Shown here: one piece after another, positions 41,969 to 52,309 of the stretch
Position numbering within the stretch: position 1 is the stretch's first letter
Layout: every line of letters begins with the position of its first letter
Source of the DNA: an uncultured cyanobacterium
Lineage (GTDB): Bacteria; Cyanobacteriota; Cyanobacteriia; Cyanobacteriales; Nostocaceae
Reading direction: 5' to 3'
Assembly (NCBI GenBank): GCA_963706595.1
Contig: OY970166.1
Span: 4,960,001 to 5,024,000, forward strand
DNA length: 64,000 nucleotides
The notes under the pieces: generated by a model
Told to the model about the DNA's origin: nothing
The model's database searches: none
The model's input: only the letters and a program-made list of their open reading frames with translations
Translations under genes and position numbers: made by a program

Positions 41969-42874
41969 TTAAAATCCTAATTTTTCTAACACTGGCTCAG
42001 TAGAAACAATGTGACGATCTAAACCAAGTTCCTTGGGGCTAACTCCTAAAGCCAAAGCAATCAACTGCGGTAAATGCAAAATTGGTAAACCTAGCCGTTT
42101 CTCAATCACTTTTTCTACTTCTGGCTGACGAGAATCTAAATTCAGATGGCACAGAGGACAAGGAGTAACTATACAGTCAGCACCGTTATCTAAAGCATCT
42201 TGAATGTGCATCCCCGCCATCTGGAAAGACTGGTTAGTAGCGTAACTAGAAAGAGGCCAGCCGCAACATTGGGTGCGTCCACGATAATAAATTGGGGTTG
42301 CGCCTACCGCCCGAAACATATTTTCCATGCCTTCAGGGTGGAAGGGGTCATCATAGGGCATATACTTTTGAGCGCGGAGGAGATAGCAGCCATAAAAAGC
42401 TGCACATTTTAATCCCGTTAACTTACGAGTCACACGTTTGGTAATTTCTTCTAAACCATAATCTGTAAGCAGGGCATAGAGAATATGTTTCACTTCGCTA
42501 CTGCCACGATAAGGTGAACACCCTTCTTTTTGCAACAAGCCATTTACTTGTTCAACGTAGCCAGGATTATCTGTTTGACATTGTTTGAGGTTTTCGTTGA
42601 CATGACCAATTACACCTTGACAAGTGCTGCAATGGGTGAGTAAGGGAAGATTTAATTCTTCTGCTAAAGCTATATTTCGGGCGTTGACAGTATCTTCGAG
42701 TAATTGGGAATCCTCTTTAAATGTGCCTGAACCACAACAGGCAGCTTTTTTAAGTTCAATCAGTTCAATTCCCAATGCTTGGGTTAGGGCTTGAGTTGAT
42801 AAATACAGTTCTCGGCAAGCTCCTTGAGCCACACAGCCAGGGTAATAAGCGTATTTTAGGGTCTGAGTTAGCAT
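41969..42874 (-). CDS. HdrB-like CCG-domain protein (probable membrane anchor of cyanobacterial succinate dehydrogenase)
   Basis: YYPGC, ACCGSG, HCSTC, FYGC, QCCG, PCPLC motifs. Confidence 0.85.
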   Translation of the reverse strand: MLTQTLKYAYYPGCVAQGACRELYLSTQALTQALGIELIELKKAACCGSGTFKEDSQLLEDTVNARNIALAEELNLPLLTHCSTCQGVIGHVNENLKQCQTDNPGYVEQVNGLLQKEGCSPYRGSSEVKHILYALLTDYGLEEITKRVTRKLTGLKCAAFYGCYLLRAQKYMPYDDPFHPEGMENMFRAVGATPIYYRGRTQCCGWPLSSYATNQSFQMAGMHIQDALDNGADCIVTPCPLCHLNLDSRQPEVEKVIEKRLGLPILHLPQLIALALGVSPKELGLDRHIVSTEPVLEKLGF

Positions 42875-43266
42875 AAAAGTATATTTGGTTAAAGGCAGTT
42901 GCCCTGATAATAACCGTTTTAGCATTCTGGGACAGGAACACTGGAGAGGGCGTGAATATTAATTTGGGACAATCACCAAAAAATTGGTAAGAAGTGGTAA
43001 ATATCAGCATTTACGGGTTGATGCGACCTGCTGGCAGCAGCGCTGTAGGCGATCGCCTGGTCTGTCCTGGTTTGCAAAGGCTTTTTGAGTAATTGAACTG
43101 TTATCTTAGGTACAGAGCCTAAGTGTGTCCTTGAGAGTAAATATTTCTTCAGGAAAAGCCCTTGGTAGTATACGGGCGATCGCTCTTTCCGATAAGATGT
43201 ATATGCTCAAAAATCACATCCCCCATCAAGAGCGGATAATAGCAACTGGTCAAGGACTTTTATCGT

Positions 43267-43518
43267 ATGAGTCAATCAGAAATTTTTGCAAAGGTCAAGA
43301 AAATTGTTAACGATCAACTCAGTGTTGAAGCGGACAAAATTACACCAGAAGCTAATTTTGCCAATGATTTGGGGGCTGATTCCCTAGATACCGTTGAATT
43401 AGTGATGGCATTGGAAGAAGAATTTGATATCGAAATTCCCGATGAAGCCGCCGAAAAAATTACGACGGTTCAAGAGGCGGTGGATTACATCAACGATAAA
43501 GTTGCTGCATCCGCCTAA
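43267..43518 (+). CDS. acpP: acyl carrier protein
   Basis: [14 protein letters not shown]. Confidence 0.98.
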   Translation: MSQSEIFAKVKKIVNDQLSVEADKITPEANFANDLGADSLDTVELVMALEEEFDIEIPDEAAEKITTVQEAVDYINDKVAASA

Positions 43519-43756
43519 GAAAGTGCTGAGTGCTGCGTTCGTAGCAGGGCGTGAGCCATTGCTGAGGAACCACTGCTCGTCTTGGGGTCTCCCCAAGTAA
43601 AGCATCTGGCATTGTTGAGGAATCAAAAGTTAAAACTTAAAACTTCAAAGTCAAAAGTTATTCCCCGTGTCTCCTGTTCTCCAACTCCCACCTCACTACT
43701 TTGCATTCAGCACTCAGCTCTCTATTTGCAGCTTTCTCGCCAATTTTAACTAAGAA

Positions 43757-45008
43757 ATGACAGACTATAAACGTAAACGCGTCGTTGTAACTGGTGTTGG
43801 CGCGATTACACCGATTGGTAATACACCAGATGAATATTGGGAAGGTTTGTTAAGCGGACGCAATGGCATTGGCAACATCACATTTTTTGATGCTTCTAGC
43901 CATGATTGCCGCATTGCTGGGGAAGTAAAAAACTTCGATCCACTGGCTTACATGGATCGCAAAGAAGCCAAGCGCATGGATCGGTTTGCCCAATTTGGCG
44001 TATCAGCAGCCAAACAAGCTGTTTCTGATGCCAAGTTAGTCATTAATGAACTAAATGCCGAACAGGTGGGAGTTATGATTGGCTCCGGCGTGGGTGGTTT
44101 GAAGGTGATGGAAGACCAACAAACCATCTACCTCAACCGTGGACCAGATCGCTGTAGTCCCTTCATGATTCCGATGATGATCGCCAACATGGCGGCTGGA
44201 TTAACAGCAATTCACATCGGTGCTAAAGGTACCTAATTCCTGTGCTGTGACTGCCTGTGCCGCAGGTTCTAACGCCATTGGGGATGCCTTCCGCATAATT
44301 CAAAATGGTTATGCTCAGGCGATGATTTGCGGGGGCTGTGAGGCAGCAATTACACCTTTGGGTTTAGCTGGTTTTGCCGCAGCACGAGCGCTTTCCACTC
44401 GCAATGATGATCCGGCTCATGCTTGCCGTCCTTTCGACCGCGATCGCGATGGATTTGTCATGGGTGAAGGTGGAGGCATTCTCGTACTAGAAGAGCTAGA
44501 ACACGCCCTCAGTCGTGGCGCTCGCATTTATGCGGAAATGGTCGGCTATGGAATGACCTGTGACGCTTACCATATCACTGCCCCAGTCCCCGGTGGTACA
44601 GGTGCGGCTAGAGCTATCCAATTGGCGCTTAAAGATGGTGGTATCACTCCAGAAATGGTGAGCTACATTAATGCTCATGGTACTAGCACCCCAGCCAATG
44701 ATTCCACGGAAACTGCGGCGATGAAAACAGCTTTGGGTGATCACGCCTATAAAATCGCGGTCAGTTCCACAAAATCGATGACAGGACATCTTTTGGGCGG
44801 TTCGGGAGGTATTGAAGCCGTCGCCACAGTGTTAGCGATCGCTCATGATCAAATTCCCCCCACGATCAATCTAGAAAATCCTGACCCAGAGTGTGATCTA
44901 GATTACGTAGCTCATACCAGCCGCGCTCAAGAAGTGGCGATCGCCTTATCCAACTCCTTTGGCTTTGGTGGTCACAATGTCACACTAGCCTTTAAGAAGT
45001 ACGCCTAA
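43757..45008 (+). CDS. fabF: beta-ketoacyl-ACP synthase II; split by a 1-nt insertion at about 44230
   Basis: The two ORFs (43757-44236, 44220-45008) join into [16 protein letters not shown] if one base of GGT-A-CCT is removed; [12 protein letters not shown] and NSFGFGG are intact. Confidence 0.95.
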
Positions 45009-45332
45009 AATTCTCACCCATGCCGTTTTCGGCTCTCCTGAGATGATTGTGTGAAAAGTATCACAAATATCCTTCATTGCTAGGTCAAGCGTTCATCATG
45101 CCCTAATAATCGGACTGATTGATCACTAGAATCTCAGGAGATCCCGCTTGTCCATCAACAATGGGGAATGGGATGATAAAGATACTATGGGGAAAATTCA
45201 ATCAGTGATTCAGTTACCAAGTTGAGTGAAGAAAACTGATAACCTTTAACTGTTAACTGCTAACTGTGCAGAACAACCCCAGTTAGAAAAGAAGCTCCAA
45301 GAGTGTTAACCTGTCGTTAAGAATAAGAGATT

Positions 45333-47345
45333 ATGGCTGTTGCAACCCAATCCCTCGAAGAACTTTGTATTAATTCGATTCGCTTTTTGGCAGTTGATGC
45401 CGTAGAAAAAGCTAAATCAGGACACCCAGGACTGCCAATGGGCGCGGCTCCTATGGCTTTTGTCCTCTGGGATCGCTTTATGCGGTTTAATCCCAAAAAT
45501 CCTAAGTGGTTCAACCGCGATCGCTTTGTCTTGTCTGCTGGTCATGGCTCAATGTTGCTGTACGCCCTGCTTTATTTGACAGGTTACGATAGCGTCACCA
45601 TAGAAGATATCAAGCAATTTCGTCAATGGGGGTCTAAGACCCCAGGACACCCAGAAAACTTTGAAACCCCCGGTGTAGAAGTTACAACTGGCCCCTTGGG
45701 ACAAGGTATTGCTAATGGAGTTGGTTTAGCAATGGCAGAAGCCCATCTAGCAGCCAAATACAACAAACCAGATGCCAAAATTGTTGACCATTACACCTAT
45801 GTAATTCTAGGTGACGGTTGTAACATGGAAGGTATTTCTGGTGAAGCTGCTTCCTTCGCGGGTCACTTGGGATTAGGCAAACTGATTGCTCTGTACGACG
45901 ACAATCACATCTCCATCGATGGTTCTACAGATGTAGCATTCACCGAAGATGTTTCCAAGCGCTTTGAAGCTTATGGCTGGCACGTCCTGCACGTTGAAGA
46001 TGGTAACACCGATTTAGACTCCATTGCCAAAGCAATTGAAGCCGCCAAAGCTGTCACCGACAAGCCCACCATGATTAAGGTGACTACCACCATCGGTTAT
46101 GGTTCACCCAACAAGCAAAACACTGCTGGTATTCACGGTGCTGCTTTGGGTGCAGACGAAATTGCCTTAACTCGTAAACAACTCAACTGGGAACACGAGC
46201 CTTTCGTAGTTCCTCAAAATGCTCTTGACCACACACGCAAAGCAGTAGAACGCGGCGCAAGCTACGAAACTGAGTGGAACAAGACATTTGCCGACTACAA
46301 AGCCAAATATCCCCAAGAAGCGGCGGAATTTGAACGTTACCTCAGTGCTAAACTGCCCGACGGTTGGGATAAAGTCCTGCCTAGCTACACCCCCGAAGAC
46401 AAAGGACTACCAACCCGCAAACACTCAGAAAACTGTCTCAATAAACTAGCAGCAGTTTTACCTGAGTTAATTGGTGGTTCTGCTGACTTGACTCACTCCA
46501 ACTTAACTGAATTGAAGGGCAAGGGCGACTTCAAAAAAGGAGAATACCAAAACCCCAACATTCACTTCGGTGTGCGGGAACACGGTATGGGCGCAATCTG
46601 TAATGGTATGGCGCTGCATGGTTCGGGATTAATTCCCTACGGTGCGACCTTCTTGATTTTCACAGATTATATGCGGGCTGCTATCCGTTTATCTGCTTTG
46701 TCTCAAGTCGGCGCAATTTGGGTGATGACTCACGATTCCATTGGACAAGGTGAAGATGGTCCTACGCACCAACCAATAGAAACTCTGGCTTCCTTGCGTG
46801 CTATTCCTAACCTGACTGTATTTCGTCCCGCAGACGGTAACGAATGCTCTGGTGCGTACAAAGTCGCAATTACCAAAGCTAAGGAAAACGCTCCTTCGCT
46901 GTTAGCCTTCACTCGTCAAAATGTCCCCAACTTGGCAGGTACATCGATTGAGAAGGTGGCTCAGGGTGGTTACGCTGTGGTAGATTGCCAAGGTACTCCC
47001 GATATCATCTTGATTGGTACTGGTTCAGAATTGAGCCTCTGTGTCACCGCAGGGGAGAAATTGACAGCCGAAGGTAAGAAGGTTCGTGTTGTCTCTATGC
47101 CTTCAAGTGATTTGTTTGACGCGCAAGATGCAGCTTATAAGGAGTCTGTTCTACCTAAAGCTGTCACCAAGCGTTTGTCTGTAGAAGCTGCTTCTAGTTT
47201 CGGCTGGCACAAGTATGTTGGTAGCGAAGGTGATACTGTTAGTATCGACACTTTTGGTGCTTCGGCTCCTGGTAATGTTTGTATGGAGAAGTTTGGCTTT
47301 AGTGTTGATAATGTGTTAGCTAAGGCTAAGGCTTTGTTGGGTTAA
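45333..47345 (+). CDS. tkt: transketolase
   Basis: [33 protein letters not shown]. Confidence 0.98.
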   Translation: MAVATQSLEELCINSIRFLAVDAVEKAKSGHPGLPMGAAPMAFVLWDRFMRFNPKNPKWFNRDRFVLSAGHGSMLLYALLYLTGYDSVTIEDIKQFRQWGSKTPGHPENFETPGVEVTTGPLGQGIANGVGLAMAEAHLAAKYNKPDAKIVDHYTYVILGDGCNMEGISGEAASFAGHLGLGKLIALYDDNHISIDGSTDVAFTEDVSKRFEAYGWHVLHVEDGNTDLDSIAKAIEAAKAVTDKPTMIKVTTTIGYGSPNKQNTAGIHGAALGADEIALTRKQLNWEHEPFVVPQNALDHTRKAVERGASYETEWNKTFADYKAKYPQEAAEFERYLSAKLPDGWDKVLPSYTPEDKGLPTRKHSENCLNKLAAVLPELIGGSADLTHSNLTELKGKGDFKKGEYQNPNIHFGVREHGMGAICNGMALHGSGLIPYGATFLIFTDYMRAAIRLSALSQVGAIWVMTHDSIGQGEDGPTHQPIETLASLRAIPNLTVFRPADGNECSGAYKVAITKAKENAPSLLAFTRQNVPNLAGTSIEKVAQGGYAVVDCQGTPDIILIGTGSELSLCVTAGEKLTAEGKKVRVVSMPSSDLFDAQDAAYKESVLPKAVTKRLSVEAASSFGWHKYVGSEGDTVSIDTFGASAPGNVCMEKFGFSVDNVLAKAKALLG

Positions 47346-47376
47346 TTAGCAACGAAATATTCTCTTAAGTTTTAGA

Positions 47377-47406
47377 GGGGTGGGCTGAAAGGTCTGCCCT
47401 TTTTTT
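47377..47406 (+). terminator. intrinsic terminator after tkt
   Basis: ggggtgggct-gaaa-ggtctgccct followed by a T-run. Confidence 0.75.
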
Positions 47407-47496
47407 AACGCAGAGGGGCGCGGAGGTTAACGCAGAGGTAACACGGAGAGGAATTAATTATAATTGGGGTAATGAGTCTATATATGAGGGGTAATT

Positions 47497-47790
47497 ATGC
47501 AGGAAGTTTTAAATTACAATCAGGAGCTATACAATCGAATCTCGCCAATTGTGGAGAAGTTGATTCAGGGTAATAGTTTATATCAAGTTAAGTTAAACCA
47601 ACGTGAAATGATCGAAATGTTGGTAGAGTTATTTGGACAGTTTTCACCGGAAGAAATGAGGGAAATTAACGAGGATGATTTAATCAGAAGAATAGATAAA
47701 ATCTTGGTATTAGAGGCTGTTTCTGGTACGTTAAATGATTTAACACCTGAGCAAATAGCGCTTTTTGATGCAGCAGTGGAAGGTAGATAA
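47497..47790 (+). CDS. putative antitoxin (acidic, 97 aa) upstream of a PIN toxin
   Basis: GAGG RBS; 4 nt upstream of the PIN gene; family not recognised. Confidence 0.7.
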   Translation: MQEVLNYNQELYNRISPIVEKLIQGNSLYQVKLNQREMIEMLVELFGQFSPEEMREINEDDLIRRIDKILVLEAVSGTLNDLTPEQIALFDAAVEGR

Positions 47791-47794
47791 ATAG

Positions 47795-48205
47795 GTGAAT
47801 TACTTACTTGATTCAAACATTGTCTCTTATATTTTGAAAAAGAATGTAACCGTAGATAATAAACTACGGGAAGTGACTCGTAAAGGGGAAGAAGTATTTA
47901 TTAGTTGCATCACTTACTATGAAATCAAAAGAGGACTTTTATCTATAAATGCTTCGAGACAGTTATCTGAATTTAAGCAGTTCTTTGAGAAACATACAAT
48001 CTTGTTATTGGATGATATGGAGATTATAGAGAAAGCCTGCGAAATCCATGTAGATTTAAAACGTCGAGGTTTTACTATTCAAGAGCAAGATATATTGATT
48101 GCAGCAACTGCAATTACACGCGGCTTAATTCTAGTCTCGAATGATTCTGATTTGTTAAGAGTTCAAGGGATTAATTTAGAAAATTGGGCAAAAGCAGAAT
48201 CTTGA
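47795..48205 (+). CDS. vapC: PIN-domain VapC-family toxin
   Basis: YLLDSNI, YYE, DILIAATA and SND acidic PIN residues. Confidence 0.9.
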   Translation: MNYLLDSNIVSYILKKNVTVDNKLREVTRKGEEVFISCITYYEIKRGLLSINASRQLSEFKQFFEKHTILLLDDMEIIEKACEIHVDLKRRGFTIQEQDILIAATAITRGLILVSNDSDLLRVQGINLENWAKAES

Positions 48206-48336
48206 GTTTGAGGAAATATCGTTCCTCATTTAACTTGCATCATGAGGACGGGCAAGATGCCCATCCCAAAAGATATTAAGTAAATTTGATGGGTGCAAAA
48301 TAGATGTGTTTTAGTTTAATTAGCAGGAGTGTGTGA

Positions 48337-48696
48337 GTGTTTAAGAAATTGCGAGGAGGATTACTGGTTGGGATTGGCTATATGCTTTCTCCCCTGTCGT
48401 GGTGGAATGATATATTTTTTAATCTACCGATCGCACTGTTGTTTGGTTATCTGGTAAGCTGGGCTAAACCTGATTGGTTTTTACCGTTCACAATCATTGG
48501 CTATTGGCTCTCCAATGTTTTGGGAATTGTGATGATGCAAATGGGAGCGATGGATATGTTCATCACAGAAGAGAAGCGGAACCTCAAAAGAGATTTACTG
48601 CTAGGCTTGGGTGGTTCCACTGTTTATACCGTAGTTGTTGCGCTGCTAGTCTATTTTCATATTCTGGAAATACCTGCGTTTCTGCTCAATCCCTGA
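48337..48696 (+). CDS. hypothetical membrane protein
   Basis: AGGAG RBS, GTG start, SPLSWWND motif, 3-4 TM helices. Confidence 0.75.
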   Translation: MFKKLRGGLLVGIGYMLSPLSWWNDIFFNLPIALLFGYLVSWAKPDWFLPFTIIGYWLSNVLGIVMMQMGAMDMFITEEKRNLKRDLLLGLGGSTVYTVVVALLVYFHILEIPAFLLNP

Positions 48697-49003
48697 TACT
48701 CTGAGCAAACGCTGAATTTATAAAATATCACTGAGAACTGATACCAATTTTTCAATATGTGCGGCTTCATGAGTAGCCATCACAGATACCCCATACGTGT
48801 CAACTTACAGCAGTTTTTATGTATTTGAACCACAATTATTAGACCTAACCCCCAGCCCCTTCCCTACAAGGGAAGGGGGGTCAATCAAAGCCTCTCTCCT
48901 TGCAGGAGAGAGGTTTGGAGAGAGGTCGGTTTGTGGTCTATTTACCTGAAAATAGCTGTAAGATTAAATCGGCGGTTAAAAACCGCATCTACACAGGCTA
49001 AAC

Positions 49004-49039
49004 CAAGAATCTCCGTGTCTTTAGACCAGAGAGTGTCAA
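49004..49039 (+). mobile_element. solo IS200/IS605 right end
   Basis: GAAT guide, hairpin CTCCGTGTC-TTTA-GACCAGAG and terminal TCAA, as in the IS608 right end. Confidence 0.7.
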
Positions 49040-50544
49040 CGCATATCATAGCCGAATAAATTCGGATCGACTTCTCCTAAATTTAAATCTGCTAAACCAT
49101 ATTCAGCCCATCGTTTGTCTACCATCGCGGCTATATCTGGATCTGATTCTAAGGGCGAACCCCATTCGTGGTCTGTTTCTGGGGGAATCTTGGTCGTTGC
49201 ATCAATTCCCATTCGTCCACCTAAACCAATTTTCTCACTAGCAAAATCTAAGGTATCAAAGGGTGTGTTGGGCAAAATAAACACATCCCGACTGGGGTCA
49301 ACTTTGGAACTAATTGCCCACACTACTTGACGCGGATCACGAATATTGATATCTTTATCCACGACAATCACAAATTTGGTGTAGGTAAATTGGGGTAAGG
49401 CACTCCAAAAGGCTAAAGCCGCCCGTCGCGCTTGTCCTGGATATGCTTTATCAATGGAAATAATCGCGGCTTTGTAACTTAAAGCTTCCATTGGTAAGAA
49501 GAAATCGACAATTTCGGAGACTTGTTGCCGCAGAATAGGAGTGTAAATCCGATTGAGTGCGATCGCCATCATTGCTTCTTCTTTCGGTGGACGACCGCTA
49601 AATGTGGTTAAATAAATTGGATCTTTGCGGTGGGTCATACATTGGAACCGCACTAATGGCGAATCTTCTACACCGCCGTAGTAACCCATGTGATCACCAA
49701 AGGGACCATCTGGTAATACTTCCCCTGGTGTAATTGTTCCTTCTAAAACAAACTCAGAATCGGCGGGAACTTCCAAATCTACGGTTTTACACTTGGCTAA
49801 GTTGACACCGGAACCACCATATAGTCCCGCAAATAACCATTCCGATAAATCTACTGGGATAGGTGTCGCAGCTGCCATGATAATTAAAGGATCTACTCCC
49901 AGTGCGATCGCCACTTCTAATTTTTTACCACGTTCAGCAGCTTTGCGTAAATGTCTCGCCCCACCGCGCACAGATAACCAGTGAACAGTCATCGTATTTT
50001 TGGATTGCAGTTGCAAGCGATACACACCCACATTTGGCGTACCCGTTTCACAATCCTTAGTAATTACCAAACCTAGAGTGATAATCTTACCAGCATCATT
50101 TATATAAGGACGAATCAAGGGCAATTTATTTAAATCTAAATCATCGCCTTGAATTACGACTTGCTGACAAGCTGGGAAAAAGTCTCTTCCTGGTTTCGCC
50201 TTCACCACATCAAACAGCACCTTCCCAAAGTCTATAGCTTGGGAAATCTTCTTTGGTGGTTTTGGTTGTTGCAGCATCCCCAGCTTCTTACCCAGAGTTT
50301 CCAACTCCTCTGGATGCTCCATATTCATTGCCCAGCATATCCTTTCCACCGTTCCCATCAAATTGATTGCCACCGGGAATGATGCACCTTTCACGTTCTC
50401 AAATAACAACCCTGGACCACCTTGTTGCAGCATTCGGTTGCAAATTTCCGCAATTTCAAACTCTGGGTCAACCAAAGCCGAAATTCTCTTTAATTGTCCT
50501 CTTTCTTCCAGAATTTTGATGAATCCCCGTAAGTCTCTTGCCAT
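49036..50544 (-). CDS. ubiD: UbiD-family decarboxylase (plastoquinone pathway)
   Basis: NVGVYRLQ, DGPFGDHMGYY, GRPPKEE, MGIDAT. Confidence 0.95.
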   Translation of the reverse strand: MARDLRGFIKILEERGQLKRISALVDPEFEIAEICNRMLQQGGPGLLFENVKGASFPVAINLMGTVERICWAMNMEHPEELETLGKKLGMLQQPKPPKKISQAIDFGKVLFDVVKAKPGRDFFPACQQVVIQGDDLDLNKLPLIRPYINDAGKIITLGLVITKDCETGTPNVGVYRLQLQSKNTMTVHWLSVRGGARHLRKAAERGKKLEVAIALGVDPLIIMAAATPIPVDLSEWLFAGLYGGSGVNLAKCKTVDLEVPADSEFVLEGTITPGEVLPDGPFGDHMGYYGGVEDSPLVRFQCMTHRKDPIYLTTFSGRPPKEEAMMAIALNRIYTPILRQQVSEIVDFFLPMEALSYKAAIISIDKAYPGQARRAALAFWSALPQFTYTKFVIVVDKDINIRDPRQVVWAISSKVDPSRDVFILPNTPFDTLDFASEKIGLGGRMGIDATTKIPPETDHEWGSPLESDPDIAAMVDKRWAEYGLADLNLGEVDPNLFGYDMR

Positions 50545-50653
50545 TGTGCTAATAAATTGGAATATTTAAGAAATGTAAAGCGCTCTCTTATATTATTCAT
50601 CATTACCCACTATTAGTCTGCCAAAACCCCTTTGCAGACCAGTATCAAAACCC

Positions 50654-50720
50654 AGTAATTGTGCTTTAACGATAAATTAACCTACTAATAGCAATACCTT
50701 AACCATTAAATTGCCATGAT
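50654..50720 (+). promoter_or_regulatory. distal Pho box (SphR site) with -10-like hexamer
   Basis: 11-bp periodic TTTAACGA-taa-ATTAACCT-(11 nt)-CTTAACCA, then 9 nt, then CATGAT. Confidence 0.6.
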
Positions 50721-51072
50721 TTAGCTATCCTAATCAAGGATAAGCGTGACAAAAAAGCACTACCCTGATCAAACATGGCGATGATATACATACTTGGCTG
50801 GCTGGCGGTCTTGTAATATTACCCCGGCTGGTTTTGTTTTCGCCTATAACTTTAAGGATTATTTTTTGTACTTGTCACTATCAGGTGTTAGCAAAAAAAA
50901 TTTTATTTACACCATTTATTGATGATAGCTGGCGTGGCGTGCGTCTAATTAGTCTGCTATCGACTGATCGATCATGCCGAAGTTCTCATCTAAAATTGAT
51001 ATTAGTAAAACTTTCTCAAATACAAAGATTATTTTTAATTATTAATTATTCCCATAAATTGTTTTTTAATAT

Positions 51073-51128
51073 TTTAATTTTATCTTAATGTGAACTTAAA
51101 CTTGAATTAACCTTAAACAAATTAATCT
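51073..51128 (+). promoter_or_regulatory. proximal Pho box (SphR site) plus -10 of pstS
   Basis: TTTAATTT-tat-CTTAATGT-gaa-CTTAAACT-tga-ATTAACCT, 9 nt, TAATCT; matches PyTTAAPyPy(T/A) repeats with 3-nt spacers. Confidence 0.8.
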
Positions 51129-51174
51129 AATGTTGTAAATAAAACACCAATCAAAACTTCAAAGCAGAGGCAAT

Positions 51175-52224
51175 ATGAGTTTTTCAACTACTATTTTGCA
51201 ACGAACATTTGCTACTTCATTACTAACTACTGCTGTTGCGCTTGGTTCTATTTGTACAGCACCTGCCCAAGCTCAAGCCCAAACTCTCAACGGTGCAGGA
51301 GCAACTTTTCCAGCACCTTTGTATGAAAGATATGCTCGTGAAGTGAGAAAGAAATTTCCAGATATGAGAATTAACTACCAAGCAATTGGTAGTGGTGGTG
51401 GTATTCGGCAAACTATTGCTGGAACTGTTGACTTTGGTGGTAGTGATGCTGCGATGACAGACAGTGACATGGCTAAAGTCAAGAACGGTGTGATTTTAGT
51501 ACCTACAGCAGGTGGTGCTGTTTCCGTCGTTTATAATCTGCCTGGTGTTAATAATCTCAGATTATCTCGTACTACTTTACCAGCTATTTTTTCTGGTCAA
51601 ATTACCAACTGGAGTGATGCCAAAATTAAAGCTGATAATCCTGGTGTAAATCTCCCAAACCAACCAATTAGATTTGCGGTTCGTGCTGATGGTAGCGGTA
51701 CAACTTTTATTTTTACCAACCACTTAAGTTCAATCAACAGTTATTTTAAAGGTAGAGTCGGAACTGGTACAGCTCCCAAATGGAATTTGCCCAATGTCCT
51801 CAGAGGTAAGGGTAATCCTGGTGTAGCTGCTTTAGTCTCTCGTACTCCTGGCGCTATTGGTTATGTAGAATATTCCTACGCCACCCAAAATAAACTCAAA
51901 TCAGCAGTGCTGCAAAATAAATCTGGACAATTTGTTGCACCTTCTTTGCAATCTGCAAACGCAGCTTTAGCATCTGTGACTTTTCCTGATAATTTCCGTA
52001 CTTTTGCCGGAGATCCAGCACAAGGTTATCCTATTGTGGGTTTGACTTGGATGATGGTTTATAAACAATATCCTAGTGCTGCTAAAGCTGATGCTGTGAG
52101 AAAATGGATTAATTGGGTGTTGACTGATGGGCAAAAATTGAATGCTCAAGCGAACTATACATCAATTCCCCCCGCAGTGGTAAATCGGGTATTGCAAACA
52201 GTAAATAGTACTGTTAAACCATAA
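51175..52224 (+). CDS. pstS: phosphate ABC transporter substrate-binding protein
   Basis: GAGATFPAP, GSGGG, RADGSGTT. Confidence 0.97.
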   Translation: MSFSTTILQRTFATSLLTTAVALGSICTAPAQAQAQTLNGAGATFPAPLYERYAREVRKKFPDMRINYQAIGSGGGIRQTIAGTVDFGGSDAAMTDSDMAKVKNGVILVPTAGGAVSVVYNLPGVNNLRLSRTTLPAIFSGQITNWSDAKIKADNPGVNLPNQPIRFAVRADGSGTTFIFTNHLSSINSYFKGRVGTGTAPKWNLPNVLRGKGNPGVAALVSRTPGAIGYVEYSYATQNKLKSAVLQNKSGQFVAPSLQSANAALASVTFPDNFRTFAGDPAQGYPIVGLTWMMVYKQYPSAAKADAVRKWINWVLTDGQKLNAQANYTSIPPAVVNRVLQTVNSTVKP

Positions 52225-52309
52225 TTTATCGTCTTAATTATTTCTTTAAGCAGGGTGGACTATTTGTTCACCCTATTGCTCACAAATCGTCTAATTTTTT
52301 TGATTTTTC

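Noticed and set aside
44220..44240. Programmed frameshifting in fabF or coxC
   Set aside because: No slippery sequence or stimulatory structure; two isolated +1 insertions fit sequencing error better
50834..51088. 84-aa ORF upstream of pstS
   Set aside because: TTG start without RBS, AT-rich low-complexity content, and it overlaps the Pho box
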